A DNA stretch of 44,717 bases from Nemertoderma westbladi (taxonomy: Eukaryota; Animalia; Xenacoelomorpha): the NCBI GenBank assembly GCA_032718475.1, contig JAUCBJ010008457.1:1-44717 (forward strand), given 5' to 3'. Each line of letters begins with the position of its first letter. The stretch's first letter is position 1. The position numbers and the translations under genes are program-made. Below are positions 34,090 through 44,717 of this stretch, piece after piece. Under the pieces are notes generated by a model. That model was not told the DNA's origin. It was given only the letters and a program-made list of their open reading frames with translations, and did no database searches.

Positions 34090-34234
34090 GAGCCACAGAC
34101 TATGCCTCACTGAGGCACAGACTATGCCTCACTGAGGCACAGACTATGCCTCACTGAGGCACAGACTATGCCTCACTGAGGCACAGACTATGCCTCACCG
34201 AGGCACAGACTATGCCTCACTGAGGCACAGACTA
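34090..34234. repeat. 22-bp minisatellite x~6.5 with internal palindrome
   Basis: Unit gaggcacagactatgcctcact (tgaggca...tgcctca). Confidence 0.93.
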
Positions 34235-34242
34235 CAAACATT

Positions 34243-35040
34243 CGTTACGAATGGTTGTGGGTGTTGACTGTGTCCCGGGTGCTTGTCAAGGTAATGTTCT
34301 CCCATCGCTTCCTTATGGTTCGCCCCACGTATCGAGTTACGATGTTGGTGTATCTTCACACATAAAGGGCACACTGTCTCCCCGATGTACTAGGATCGGC
34401 ATGCTGCATTGCAGCTGCATTTTTAAGAATGCTGTCCCGGCTTATCGACAAAATTGCACCGCCACAACTCCCTATCACCCATGACATTTGCTAGATCATC
34501 TGCATCTTCAAGGCCAGTGTAATTTTCAATGTAATTCGTCCCTGATGTAATTTTGTACGGAATAAGGTACAGACTAGTTCATACACTACGTTCCTAATTG
34601 TACAGTTTTTAACTCCGTTGGTGCAGGTGTAACAAGTTACGTTGCGGATGGTTGGGCAGGGGTCTGTAGTTAGACTAGCTCGAATCAGAAGTTGTTTCAG
34701 TTTGGAACCTGGGGTACTGACTAGGCGGATATGGCGACGTAAGTTGGAGGTATTAATAATTTGTTGTGTGTGTTTGTGCAGGTGTTCGTTGATGTACGGT
34801 ATAACCAGTGGTATGTGGGGTCTGTTGGTGGCAGTGTTCGTGGGGTGTGAGTTGCGTTTATGTGGTGGGGGCCTACCGCTATAGTATAGTATTGGTTAAT
34901 GTGCCTACTACGGATGCTGGGAAGTCATTATTTATTAGGTTAATTGTTACTTTAACTAAGCTACTTTTGCGCCCTAGATTGGTATTACTATTACGTATAG
35001 CCCGTTGGAGTGCGTTGGTTATTTGAATACTTGACACCCC
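34243..35040 (-). mobile_element. Inverted partial copy of the Penelope-like element (34243-34393 and 34555-35040), interrupted by a short RTE-like 3' fragment
   Basis: Reverse complement of ~35203-35564 and ~35586-35727, plus RT-thumb-like NALQRAIRNS...LINNDFP. 34395-34520 reads DLANVMGDRELWR on the minus strand, like an RTE C-terminus. Confidence 0.8.
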
Positions 35041-35870
35041 ACTATTAAATATACCATGGAGAAATCCTATACCAGTCTCCCCTTTCTCGATGCAATCACC
35101 ACGGTTAATGACCACGGGCACATCGATTTCGAGCTCTATATCAAACCTAGTAATGCCGGCATAATCCTGCATAGTTCTTAATACTGCTAGGGCCGCACTC
35201 CAACTTCCCAGCAGCTGTAGTAGGCACATTAACCAAACTATACTCAGCGGTAGGCCCCCACCACATAAATGCAACTCACACCCCATGAACACTGCCACCA
35301 ACGGACCCCGTATACCACTGGTTATACCGTACATCAACGAACACCTGCACAGACACACACAACAAATTATTAATACCTCCAACTTACGTCACCATATCCG
35401 CCTAGTCAGTACCCCAGGTCCCATACTGAAACAACTTCTGATTCGAGCTAGCCTAACTACAGACCCCTGCCCAACCACCCGCAATGTCACTTGTTACACC
35501 TCCACCAACGGAGTTAAAAACTGTACAATTAGGAACGTAGTGTACGAACTAGTCTGTACCTTATGTAAACCTACAGTACAAAAATACATCGGGGAGACCT
35601 TGTGCCCTTTACGTGTGAGGATACACCAACATCGTAACTTGATACGTGGGGCGAACCGTAAGGAAGCGATGGGAGAACATTACCTTGACAAGCACACGGG
35701 ACACAGTCGACACCCACAACCATTCACAATAACTGTAAAGCATAAATGCAAAGACTGGGCCGACAGAAAAATAAGCGAAAAACACTACATAAAACACGAG
35801 CACCCCACACTTAACACTCAGTACGTACAATATAATACGGGATGGTAGCTCCATCAAATTGATTACTAGT
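35041..35870 (+). mobile_element. Penelope-like retroelement 3' part: RT C-terminus and GIY-YIG endonuclease (ORF 35285-35848)
   Basis: LPFLD...ELYIKP, then IPYI, a Cys linker, NVVYELVCTLC...YIGET...RIHQH...GEHY...RKISEKHYIK...PTLN. Confidence 0.9.
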
Positions 35871-36219
35871 ACCTATAGGGGTCGAATTGTTGTTTTTTGG
35901 CGCGAAAAGATAAAATATATAAATCCCCCCCCCCCTTTGTTGTTTATTATAATTTTGGAATATACTTGGTGCTGTATTGTGATGTTTAGCTAGGCTCGAT
36001 TGTTACCGGTATCCCATTCAGACCTTGTGCTATGTGTAGTAGTTTAGTTTCCCAGTAGGTAGCCAGCATTCCGTCTGCCCTGATGAAGGCCTGTTAGTAT
36101 ATTATAATTTAATTGATTAAATATACTGTACATTGGTTGAAATATCGGCAACTCTTCCTTTTTGATCACCAGCAACAGATCCTCTAACAAACTTATTATT
36201 ATGTTTCTCTCCGGTGACC

Positions 36220-37294
36220 TGGGCATGCAACTTTCTTTATAAATATGAATAATTACCTCATGGGAGTCCTGATGCGTTTCAGACAACTCAAGGTGGCCTT
36301 CACCTGTGATGTAGAGGCCATGTTTCACCAGGTTAAAGCTTTGGAGCGAGACAGGGACAGTTTGAGGTTTCTTTGGTACCCAGAGGGAAACTTGGATCTT
36401 CCGTCAGAAACTTACCAAATGCAGGTAAGAGTTTTCGGGGCCCAGTACAGCCCCAACTGTACCATGTACGCCTTAAAGCAGACTGCGTTGGCTTGACGAG
36501 ACTAACTAGACCCAGAAGTAGTTCGGACAGTGTACCGGATTTTTACGTGGATGATGGCCTCAAAATTTGTGACACTCTCGAGCATGCTACAATCGTAGCA
36601 CTCCAAGATTGTCTTGCCGAGGGCGGATTCCGCCTCACCAAATTCGCTTCCAATAAATCCGAACTGATGAACTCATTTGACATGACCGATAGTAGTGGGG
36701 GTGACCTAGATTTATACCTAGAACCTCTACCTATGACCAAAGTTATTGGACTTAGTTGGGACCCGAACACCAACAACTTTAGGGTGCGTGTAAGGGCCAA
36801 TGACCAGACGAGACCTCTCACAAAGAGGACCCGCTTGTCTACAATGAGTCGTTTGTGTGACCTACTATGGTTCATCAGTCCAGTGATCCTACATGCTATG
36901 ATCATACTCCGCAGCATTTGGCAGGCCGGACTGGAATGGGATGTTCCCATCCCAGAAAAGCTAGTCGAGCAATGGAGGGACTGGGAAGCCCAACTGACGT
37001 TCCTACAACACTATACAATACCATATGGTATACTTTCCTTTACAGGCCACCTTTCCTGCCGACGACCTGGAGCTTCACAGCTTCAGCGACGCTAGTAAGG
37101 ATGGGCTGGGGGTTACTCTATACCTTAGACGACAAGTGACATCAGACAGCTACGAAGAATCTCTCGTTACTTCAAGGGCTAAAACAATGCCTTTAAAGTA
37201 CATGACAGTACCTCATGGAGAGCTACAAGCCGGGACGATATCCATCGATATTGTCAGTCTAGTTCAACGCGAACTGGAGGCTAACTTAAAGGTC
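36220..37294 (+). mobile_element. Degenerate BEL/Pao pol fragment (RT to RNase H), a different family from the 16-kb element
   Basis: GVLMRFRQ..AFTCDVEAMFHQV, LRFLW, FYVDDGL, GGFRLTKFASN, LELHSFSDAS; frameshifted. Confidence 0.9.
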
Positions 37295-38700
37295 TGTAAG
37301 CGGATTCAATTCCGTACATCACCCATCTAAAATGGGATTAGTGGCATTTTACCAATATAGTTGGCGATGTGAGATTACCAATAATAATCTCACCTCATAA
37401 CCAACTGTGGCGACACACGCCGTATGCCACAGAGAGAGGTGAGAGGTCAAACCACCTCAGAGGGACAAACAAGCTAGTAAGGCTAGCACCAAGGGACAAT
37501 GCCAACAGGGAGTGGCGAGGTGAGAATTAATCAGGTTAAGCCAATAGTGGGCAGGAAAGCACATTGGGGAGGACAAGAGCGCATCTATTGGATATTAAGG
37601 CCGCCCAGTAGTGTAGGGCTAATCTAATATGTGTCAATGATATAACCGTTATGATTACTGATTATTACTTTAGTTGATTTCCTTACTGTTGTGAGACCAG
37701 AATAGTTTTGACCGTTGTCGTTACTGACCATTGTATTGCATATTGTTATATTCAGACTGTGCTATTATCAATTGCTGTGATTATTAATACTGACAATTTA
37801 ACTCTATTGTTTTCATCGGCCTTCGGCCTAACATATATATAATCAACGTTAGCCCAGCAGCCCATGGACGCGACGATGCGTACAATCCACATACCGGTCG
37901 GAATCCACCACTGTCAACTGCAGTGGATTCCATCACAGTCAAAACTACCGAATTAAATACTGTGACCACAACAGGACGAAGAGGCCAAAAAAGATGAGCG
38001 AACATACGCCCCAAGTTTCACAAAGGGGAGAAAGACCGCCGCGGACCCCGAGCGATAGAAACCAAACGATTTGAGACGCCTCGGCGAGGCGGTACTGGCC
38101 CGCCATACCAGATTCGCCAATGAGGGACGCTCCGGACATTGAGGAGGACGGCAGCCAAGTACGAGGAGGAAGAGAGGACGAGTCGACGGGAGATCCAAGT
38201 GGCGGAAGAAGTACCAAAGTTGCCGGCCAACCACTGGCCAAGGGCGGCGAACGGCCCACCGGAACGGCGATGGTGGGGCCGATGGTACGGCACCGGACTT
38301 GGAGGGAAGGCAATGTCCATGAGGAAGACGTCGGAGAGAGCGGGAGGAGAGGGTGGAAAACGAGCGCAAAGAGCGGGAGGCGAGGGAGGTGAATGAGCGT
38401 AGAGAGCGGGAGGCGAGGGAGGTGAACGAGCATAGAGAGTGGGAGGCGAGGGAGACAGAATTAGTCAATCGGAGTATTAGAGAGGATAGAGAGAGTGAGA
38501 GGGCGGGTAAACGTTTGCGGGATGCAATGCATACCCGGCTGAGGTTTTGATGCAATACCAAGCAAAACAGAAGCGCCGATTAGAACTGGCAAAAATGGAT
38601 CTATCAGATAGTGAGGCTGGTTCGGGTAGTATTTATGAGGAACCAGAGGTGATGGAAACCTTTGTCAATACCCCACTTACCCCACCTTACTTATGCTGAT
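37295..38700 (+). mobile_element. Probable LTR (~37295-37973) followed by a low-complexity gag-like remnant
   Basis: The pol fragment stops abruptly at TGTAAG; the segment ends attaaa...acaACA. It is followed by R/E-rich coiled-coil-like repeats (EREAREVNE x3). No TSD or partner LTR. Confidence 0.35.
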
Positions 38701-39049
38701 TGGTTACAGTTCTTTGGTTGCCTGGCAACAAGCTTTCTGGGCAGTATTAGACTCTTTCAATTTATTTTTTGCAGCATATAGGTAAAATTTAATGCTGATC
38801 AATTTTTTCACTGTTTTCCGGAAGGTTTATAGTGTTTTTATAGTGTTTTCCCTATGTTTTACGGTGATTACTTAAGGGGTGCTATGCGAGGAGTACATTT
38901 AGGATTGTCAATTCAGAGAAGTACATGTGTTAAATTCCCTGCTGATCAATGTTTTCACTGTTTTCCGTGTGTTTTACAGTACTTTTCCTATGTTTTCCTA
39001 GTGTTTTACTGTTTTACTAGTGTTTTCCTAATTTAGAATCATCCGATAG

Positions 39050-41285
39050 ATAGCATTGAAAATTAGCCAGATGTTCCAAAAGACCTAGTGAATGTGGAAA
39101 TATCAAATTCAGAAGAACAAATTATCACTACTTCATCATCTCTTTCTATTGATCCCACAATTATTTCTGTTATAAAGTGTGAAAATTTTTCTTCAAAGAA
39201 AATATTGCTGACAATAACCAGTTGGGTTTTACGATTTATTCACAATATAAAGGGAAAGATGCTAAAAAACACTAACCACACAATGGATATTTATCAGCAT
39301 TTAAGATACGAACTGCCGAGAATATGTGGATCCTTAACTTATAGAAACTGTATTATTCCAGCGAAATAAAATATTTGAATAATAAAGAAAAAACCGCTCC
39401 ACCTTTTTTGGTGACATCTCTAAATCTATATTTAGATGAAAATAATAATAATAAATTGGATCTGCTAATATCCCATAATCAGAAATTCCCCTTATTGTTA
39501 CACAGGAACGACTACTTTACAAAGTTAGTTATTATTGAATCACATTGGAATTTTATCCACAATGGAACTGGGGATACGTTTGCTGAAATGCGCACTAAAT
39601 TTTGGGTGCCAAAGTGAAGACAAACCGTGAAATCAATTATAAAGAATTGAAAGATTTGTAAAAGCATAGAAGGGAAATCGTACAGCAATCAGACAATGCC
39701 TGCCTTGCCACTCAAACGGGTTGAAATGTTTGACTGTTTCCATAATACAGGTATTGATTTTGCAGGTCCGTTTAACAACGTAATTGTTGTAGAAGGTAAC
39801 TCATATAAACTAAAAACTTATCTTGTTCTTTATACTTGCAGTGCCTCAAGATATGTGTGTCTGGACATCGTCGAAAACTTAACTACAGATTTATTTTTAC
39901 TATCCTTTAGAAGGTTTATATCACGAAACGGTTATCCAGCACCTATTTTATCCGACAACGGAAAAACATTTAAGGCAGCATCCAAAGAAATACGGAAATT
40001 CACAAAGATGATTGTTCGTGACGAAACGTTTATTGGATATCTCTCAAGGAAGGATTTTAATGTTGAACTCGCCCAATGGTGGGGTGGTTTCTGGGAACGT
40101 CTGGTGGGTTTATCCAAACGTTGTTTAAAGAAAACAATCGGTTCCAAATGTATTTCTATTGGTGAAATGAGGACTGTCGCTCTAGAAGTTAAACACATAA
40201 TAAACAACCGACCGCTTACCTTCGTCTATTATCCCGATGATATTGATGACATTGAGCCCTTAACACCTTCCCATTTGTTATATGGTCGTAGATTGGGGAG
40301 AGTTACACTGTCCCGATAAATACGAAATCAACTCTATTGTAATGCGAAAACGTGGAAAACTTCAATTCAATCTAGTTAACGCCTATTGGAAACGATGGTT
40401 GAAAGAATACCTCAGTGAATTACGAGAACACTATAAACCACGCGTCCCCAATCAAAACAACAGAGTCGAACCCAGTGTCGGTGATGTAGTTCTCGTACAC
40501 GAGGAAAAGATGCCACAATCTCGATGGAAACTCGCTAAAATAAAACAAACTCATACAGGCCGTGATGGAAGGATTCGAAGTGCCACTGTAAAGGTCTACG
40601 CCGCTCACAAGAAAAAACCTGTGGAACTCAATAGACCAGTGACACGTCTTTATCTTTTAGAAACAAATAACTGAAATTTATTATCTATTGGTTGTAGGGT
40701 TTTAATCTACGAAATATGTGTTGTTTATATTATTGTTTAAAGCTTGGTTAATTCACATAACAGCAAAAATGGACTATTATTTTGTTTCTTGTTATAAAAG
40801 TAGGATATCTACAGTATAGACATAAAATTATTGAACTTTATACTAATTTGGTTTATTTTTTTTGACATTGTGAATAATTTTTTTGAACTTTGTTCGTATA
40901 TTTTATAAATTAACTTGGGGGAAATGTCTTGGATACTACTAATTAATTTATTGTGATATTAGCAAAGTTCTTGTTTTGATTTATTGCATATTTTGACGTT
41001 GACTGCAATCTGATAATCACTGCAGGTTTAACACTTTATTGTAATTAATTACGTAATTAATTGTGTCATCATTTAAACCAATATTGCCATGTATAACCTG
41101 TTTGACCTAAGTATTTTACGTAATCAATGTAATGATATAAACAATATATATATATAATATATATAAATAATGTATTAGACTTAATATTCTTTCTTTTGTA
41201 ATTAGTTTGTGCGTTTGTGTGGTTTCGTTTAAATTATATTACTACTGTAGGTTTGTCGGAATATAAAGATTTTAGTTAGTTTACA
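39050..41285 (+). mobile_element. Degenerate BEL/Pao 3' fragment: integrase and C-terminal domain, PPT and probable 3' LTR (~40925-41285)
   Basis: TGIDFAGP, SDNGKTF, WWGGFWERLVG, INNRPLT, LTPSHLLYGR, WKRWLKEYL, GRDGRIRSA, LNRPVTRLYLLE; ggggggaaa directly before TGTC at 40925. Confidence 0.9.
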
Positions 41286-41319
41286 ATAACTTGTTTTTTT
41301 TTTACTACTAACTTCCCCG

Positions 41320-43899
41320 AACCGACTCCTCAACAAGGGACTATGATGACCACATCAAGAACCTGAAAGCCTGCTTGGAAAGGTGCAATGAGAAGGGAAT
41401 CACACTAAAACTAAGCAAGTCCACATTTGGTATGAATGAAAAAGAATGGTTTGGTCGTACTTTTACACCATACAGTGTTGCTGCTGATCCAAAGAAAATA
41501 AAAACAATCATTGAAGCAGGACGTCCGGTCAATGTCGAAGATGTCTGGTCTCTCTTAATGACATGCCATTATAATGCCAAATTCGCTTTCGACCATCCCA
41601 CTGTACCTGATTCATACAACGAACAGATAACACAACCACTCCGAATGTTATTACGCAAAGACACAACCTTCTATTGGGGCCCAATTGAGGAAGAGTCATA
41701 CCAGAAGTTGATTACCACCACGAGCTCAGAAACTACACTGCGACCCTACAAATCCGAACTGCCAACACATTTTGTGGCAGACGCATCTGAAGTTGGCATT
41801 CAAGCAAGTTTATACCAAAAAGAAGATCGGAACAAATGTGTACCAGTAGACCACACAAGCCGAGCACTTTCAGAGACTGAACAGAATTATTCACCAATCG
41901 AACGGGAAAGCCTTCTACAATCGTGGGGAATGCAACAATTTAGGTACTACTTATTGGGGGGACTTTTCACAAGCTGGAGCGACCACGAACCACTGATACC
42001 ACTATACAGTATACAACTCCCAAAAAGCAACCTCCATGCGAATCTCCAAACACCGCGATCAGATACAAGACCTCAACTTCAAAATGAAACATCTTCCTGG
42101 AAAGGAATTGCCCTCTGATTTCGGCAGCAGACATCCAATTCCCATCAAGCATCTAAGCGAGGATCAGCAAGAACGACTGGGCATTTACATAGGCAAAGAG
42201 AGCTATATCAAAAAACTCAATATCATCGACTCACCTGATACAATAACAACCAAAGAACTCATAGCTGCTTCTCACTTTGACAAAACTTACCAGAAAGTTG
42301 CGCTTAGAACTTGCTCTTAGGCAAACATCCAACAAAAAGCAGTCTCGAAGGCTATCGACGAATCTGGAACAAACTATGCATTGTTGGAGACCTAGTTATT
42401 AGGGGAGACAAAATTGTCGTCCCAGATGGAGAGTTCTTTCCAGGTTCGGGAAACATTAGACAATGGATCATTGATGCAGCTCATGAAGGACATCCAGGGA
42501 TAGTCACCATGAAACGCCACATCCGATCAAGAGTTTGGTTTCCAAACATGACAAACGTGTTAATTCTAGGGTAAATAGTTGCCTCGCTTGCCAGGCGGCA
42601 ACCAAGACCCACCATCGAGACCAACTCATTCCATCAACACCACCCATGCAACCATGGCAACATTTATCCGCAGATCACTGGGGTCCAACAGAAGATGGAA
42701 AATTTATTCTAGTCGTTGTTGATGAACTTACCAAGTACCCAGAAGTAATGATAGTAAATGGTACCAGTTCTGATAAGAACATTGAGGCATTTGACTAAAT
42801 CTTTTCTCGGCATGGCTTCTGTGAAACACTTAAAATGGATAATGGACCACCCTTCAATGGATCAGATTCCCATGAGTTACAACAATATCTTAAATGGGCG
42901 GGAATAAAACACAAGCTAACTCAGAGTGCTGAAGACCCAGAAGCGGACTGGCTGAAAGTTTTATGAAACAATGCCAGAAAACATGGCACACTGCCATAAA
43001 AGAAAAGAAAAATCCCACAGCAGAACTAAACAAACACCTTCGAATGTACAGAGAAACACCTCAAATATCGACAAACAAATCCCCTGCTGAACTACTCTTC
43101 AGAACGAAATTCCAAAACCGCCTCCCAATGGCTGCTTTCGAGAGTGAAGACATCAAGGAAGCCCGATTCAATGACATGTTGGCCAAAGAAAACAGAAAGG
43201 ATACAAAGACGCCAAACAATACGTAAAGCCACATGAAATTTCAAACGGAGACGAAGTGCTGCTCAAACAAAAACAGACAAAATCAAAACCACCTTTCGAT
43301 TCAAAGCCTTATACCGTCACAGACGTTGTTGGCCACCAAAAAAATCAGGATGGAAAAGAGATAACTAGAGATGCACAGAAGTGGAATCAAATTAACACAA
43401 ACACACCAATTAACTACGACAACATACAACAAAGAAGAGCAGAATATCACCATGAACGAAATAATGACTGGTTGGATGGAGATCTAAATATATCAATGAC
43501 CTCACCAGAAACTGTGAACCTATCGGAAGTCGAAGCTACAAACAGGGAGCCTGAAAACATCAACCAATCACTGCCCAATTAAGGATGCTCCTAACGCACA
43601 AGATGCATGCCGATCCACTATGGAGACTATGTCATGTTCTAGAACGACTCATATTCCCATAGGGGCAAGAAAAACAGAGGTGTAATGTCCATACTCACCC
43701 AATATAAACTTATATAGCTTTTGAGGTTTTTAATATAACCCAGTTGGTGGTGGTCTGTTGTTTAACATGTTGTAAACATGTATGACCTTTTTTTATTGGT
43801 TAAGTAATGTTATTTATCTGTAATCAGTTTGGTGGTGGTTGATTGAGACTGAGCCTTATGTGAGATACTTATTATTAAATCCTTGCCAACTTTATTACA
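41320..43899 (+). mobile_element. Degenerate Ty3/Gypsy (Mag-like) pol fragment RT-RNase H-integrase with PPT and 219-bp 3' LTR (43681-43899)
   Basis: VADASEVG, SRALSETEQNYSPIERE, SDHEPL, AHEGHPGIV..K...RSRVWFP, PWQHLSADHWGP, DNGPPFNG, SPAELLF. Purine tract aagaaaaacagagg precedes TGTAAT...ATTACA. Confidence 0.9.
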
Positions 43900-44246
43900 C
43901 CTAACTTTTGAAGCATTACACTGAACATACTATATGCCATGCTGGGAGAGATGTGTAGGGGATAGGGTAAAACATAAACATGCTGGGATTAAACACGGAG
44001 GTCATGGCTTACATACCGGATAGTAGGCAGGAACCTGCTAGGCCTATACCGGTACCTGTTGCACACCAGTATGACTATAATATGCAGGGATATAACATAT
44101 ACCCAGGGGAGGGGGGGGGGGGGGTATTGCAGATAAGTGTATGGGCCCAAATATAATGACATCTACCCCAGCGCAGAATATAACACCAGCAGGGGGGAGG
44201 GGGGTGGGGGCAGGATAACACTCATCCATCACTGTATCCGCAACAC

Positions 44247-44717
44247 ATGCAACAAAAGAAAATAAAGGTCGCAACCCTCTCAGATCCAAACAAGTCGTTC
44301 GACACCGAGATATGGAGGGGACCATTGCCCCAGATGATATATCCCACACAGGGAAAGTCGAGGAACCCGAGAGGTGAAGCACAGTCAACACCGAAAGAGC
44401 CTGCATCCGTACAATCAAGCGCACTGGAAATTCAAGCGATGGGAATAACAACACTCATCGATGCGCTAAAAACTAGAATAGAGCTGCCACCCATGGAGCC
44501 TTTTAAGTTTGATGGTAGCTGATGGTCAAGCTGGAAGAATATCTACAGTTCTGGAGGATGTACAGCAATGAGATTCTCACAGGCTACACAGGGGGGGGGG
44601 GGGGGGGGGGGCAGCCTATGATATTGTGAGGCAATATCTGGGAATCGAAGCATGGATGGCATTACAACAGCATGGAGAGCCCTGGATAGGGAATTTGGCC
44701 ACCCGGTGAAGATTATC
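44247..44717 (+). mobile_element. BEL/Pao gag remnant running off the window end
   Basis: IELPPMEPFKFDGS and AWRALDREFGHPVKII match BEL gag (DUF1759-like) patterns LP.....FDG and A...L...FG.P..I. Confidence 0.65.

Noticed and set aside
37295-37973. Solo LTR with TSD
   Set aside because: The flanks (aggtc / ggacg) do not match; kept only as a low-confidence LTR.

Overview
AT-rich, repeat-dense eukaryotic (probably invertebrate animal) genomic DNA; no prokaryotic features, rRNA, tRNA or CRISPR arrays were seen. The window is dominated by a complete 16,078-bp BEL/Pao LTR retrotransposon on the minus strand (9504-25581; two 1199-bp TG...CA LTRs about 99.7% identical, 5-bp ACTAC target-site duplication). 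Its gag-pol is broken by about 7 stops and frameshifts. Between pol and the 3' LTR it carries an uninterrupted 901-aa extra ORF that is not an env: it has a WRN/EXD/mut-7-like DEDDy 3'-5' exonuclease domain, three CCHC zinc knuckles and a basic tail. This is the main candidate for an undescribed system. The rest comprises an RTE-like LINE fragment, several TTAA-flanked MITEs (some nested), minisatellites, two spliced exons of a host beta/gamma-crystallin-domain gene (minus strand, 32379-32921), a Penelope-like element with an inverted duplication, a co-oriented pile of BEL and Gypsy fragments (36.2-44.7 kb), and decayed coding relics that may be endogenous viral sequence (a possible totivirus-like RdRp split by a MITE). 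All family assignments come from manual motif recognition; no database search was run.
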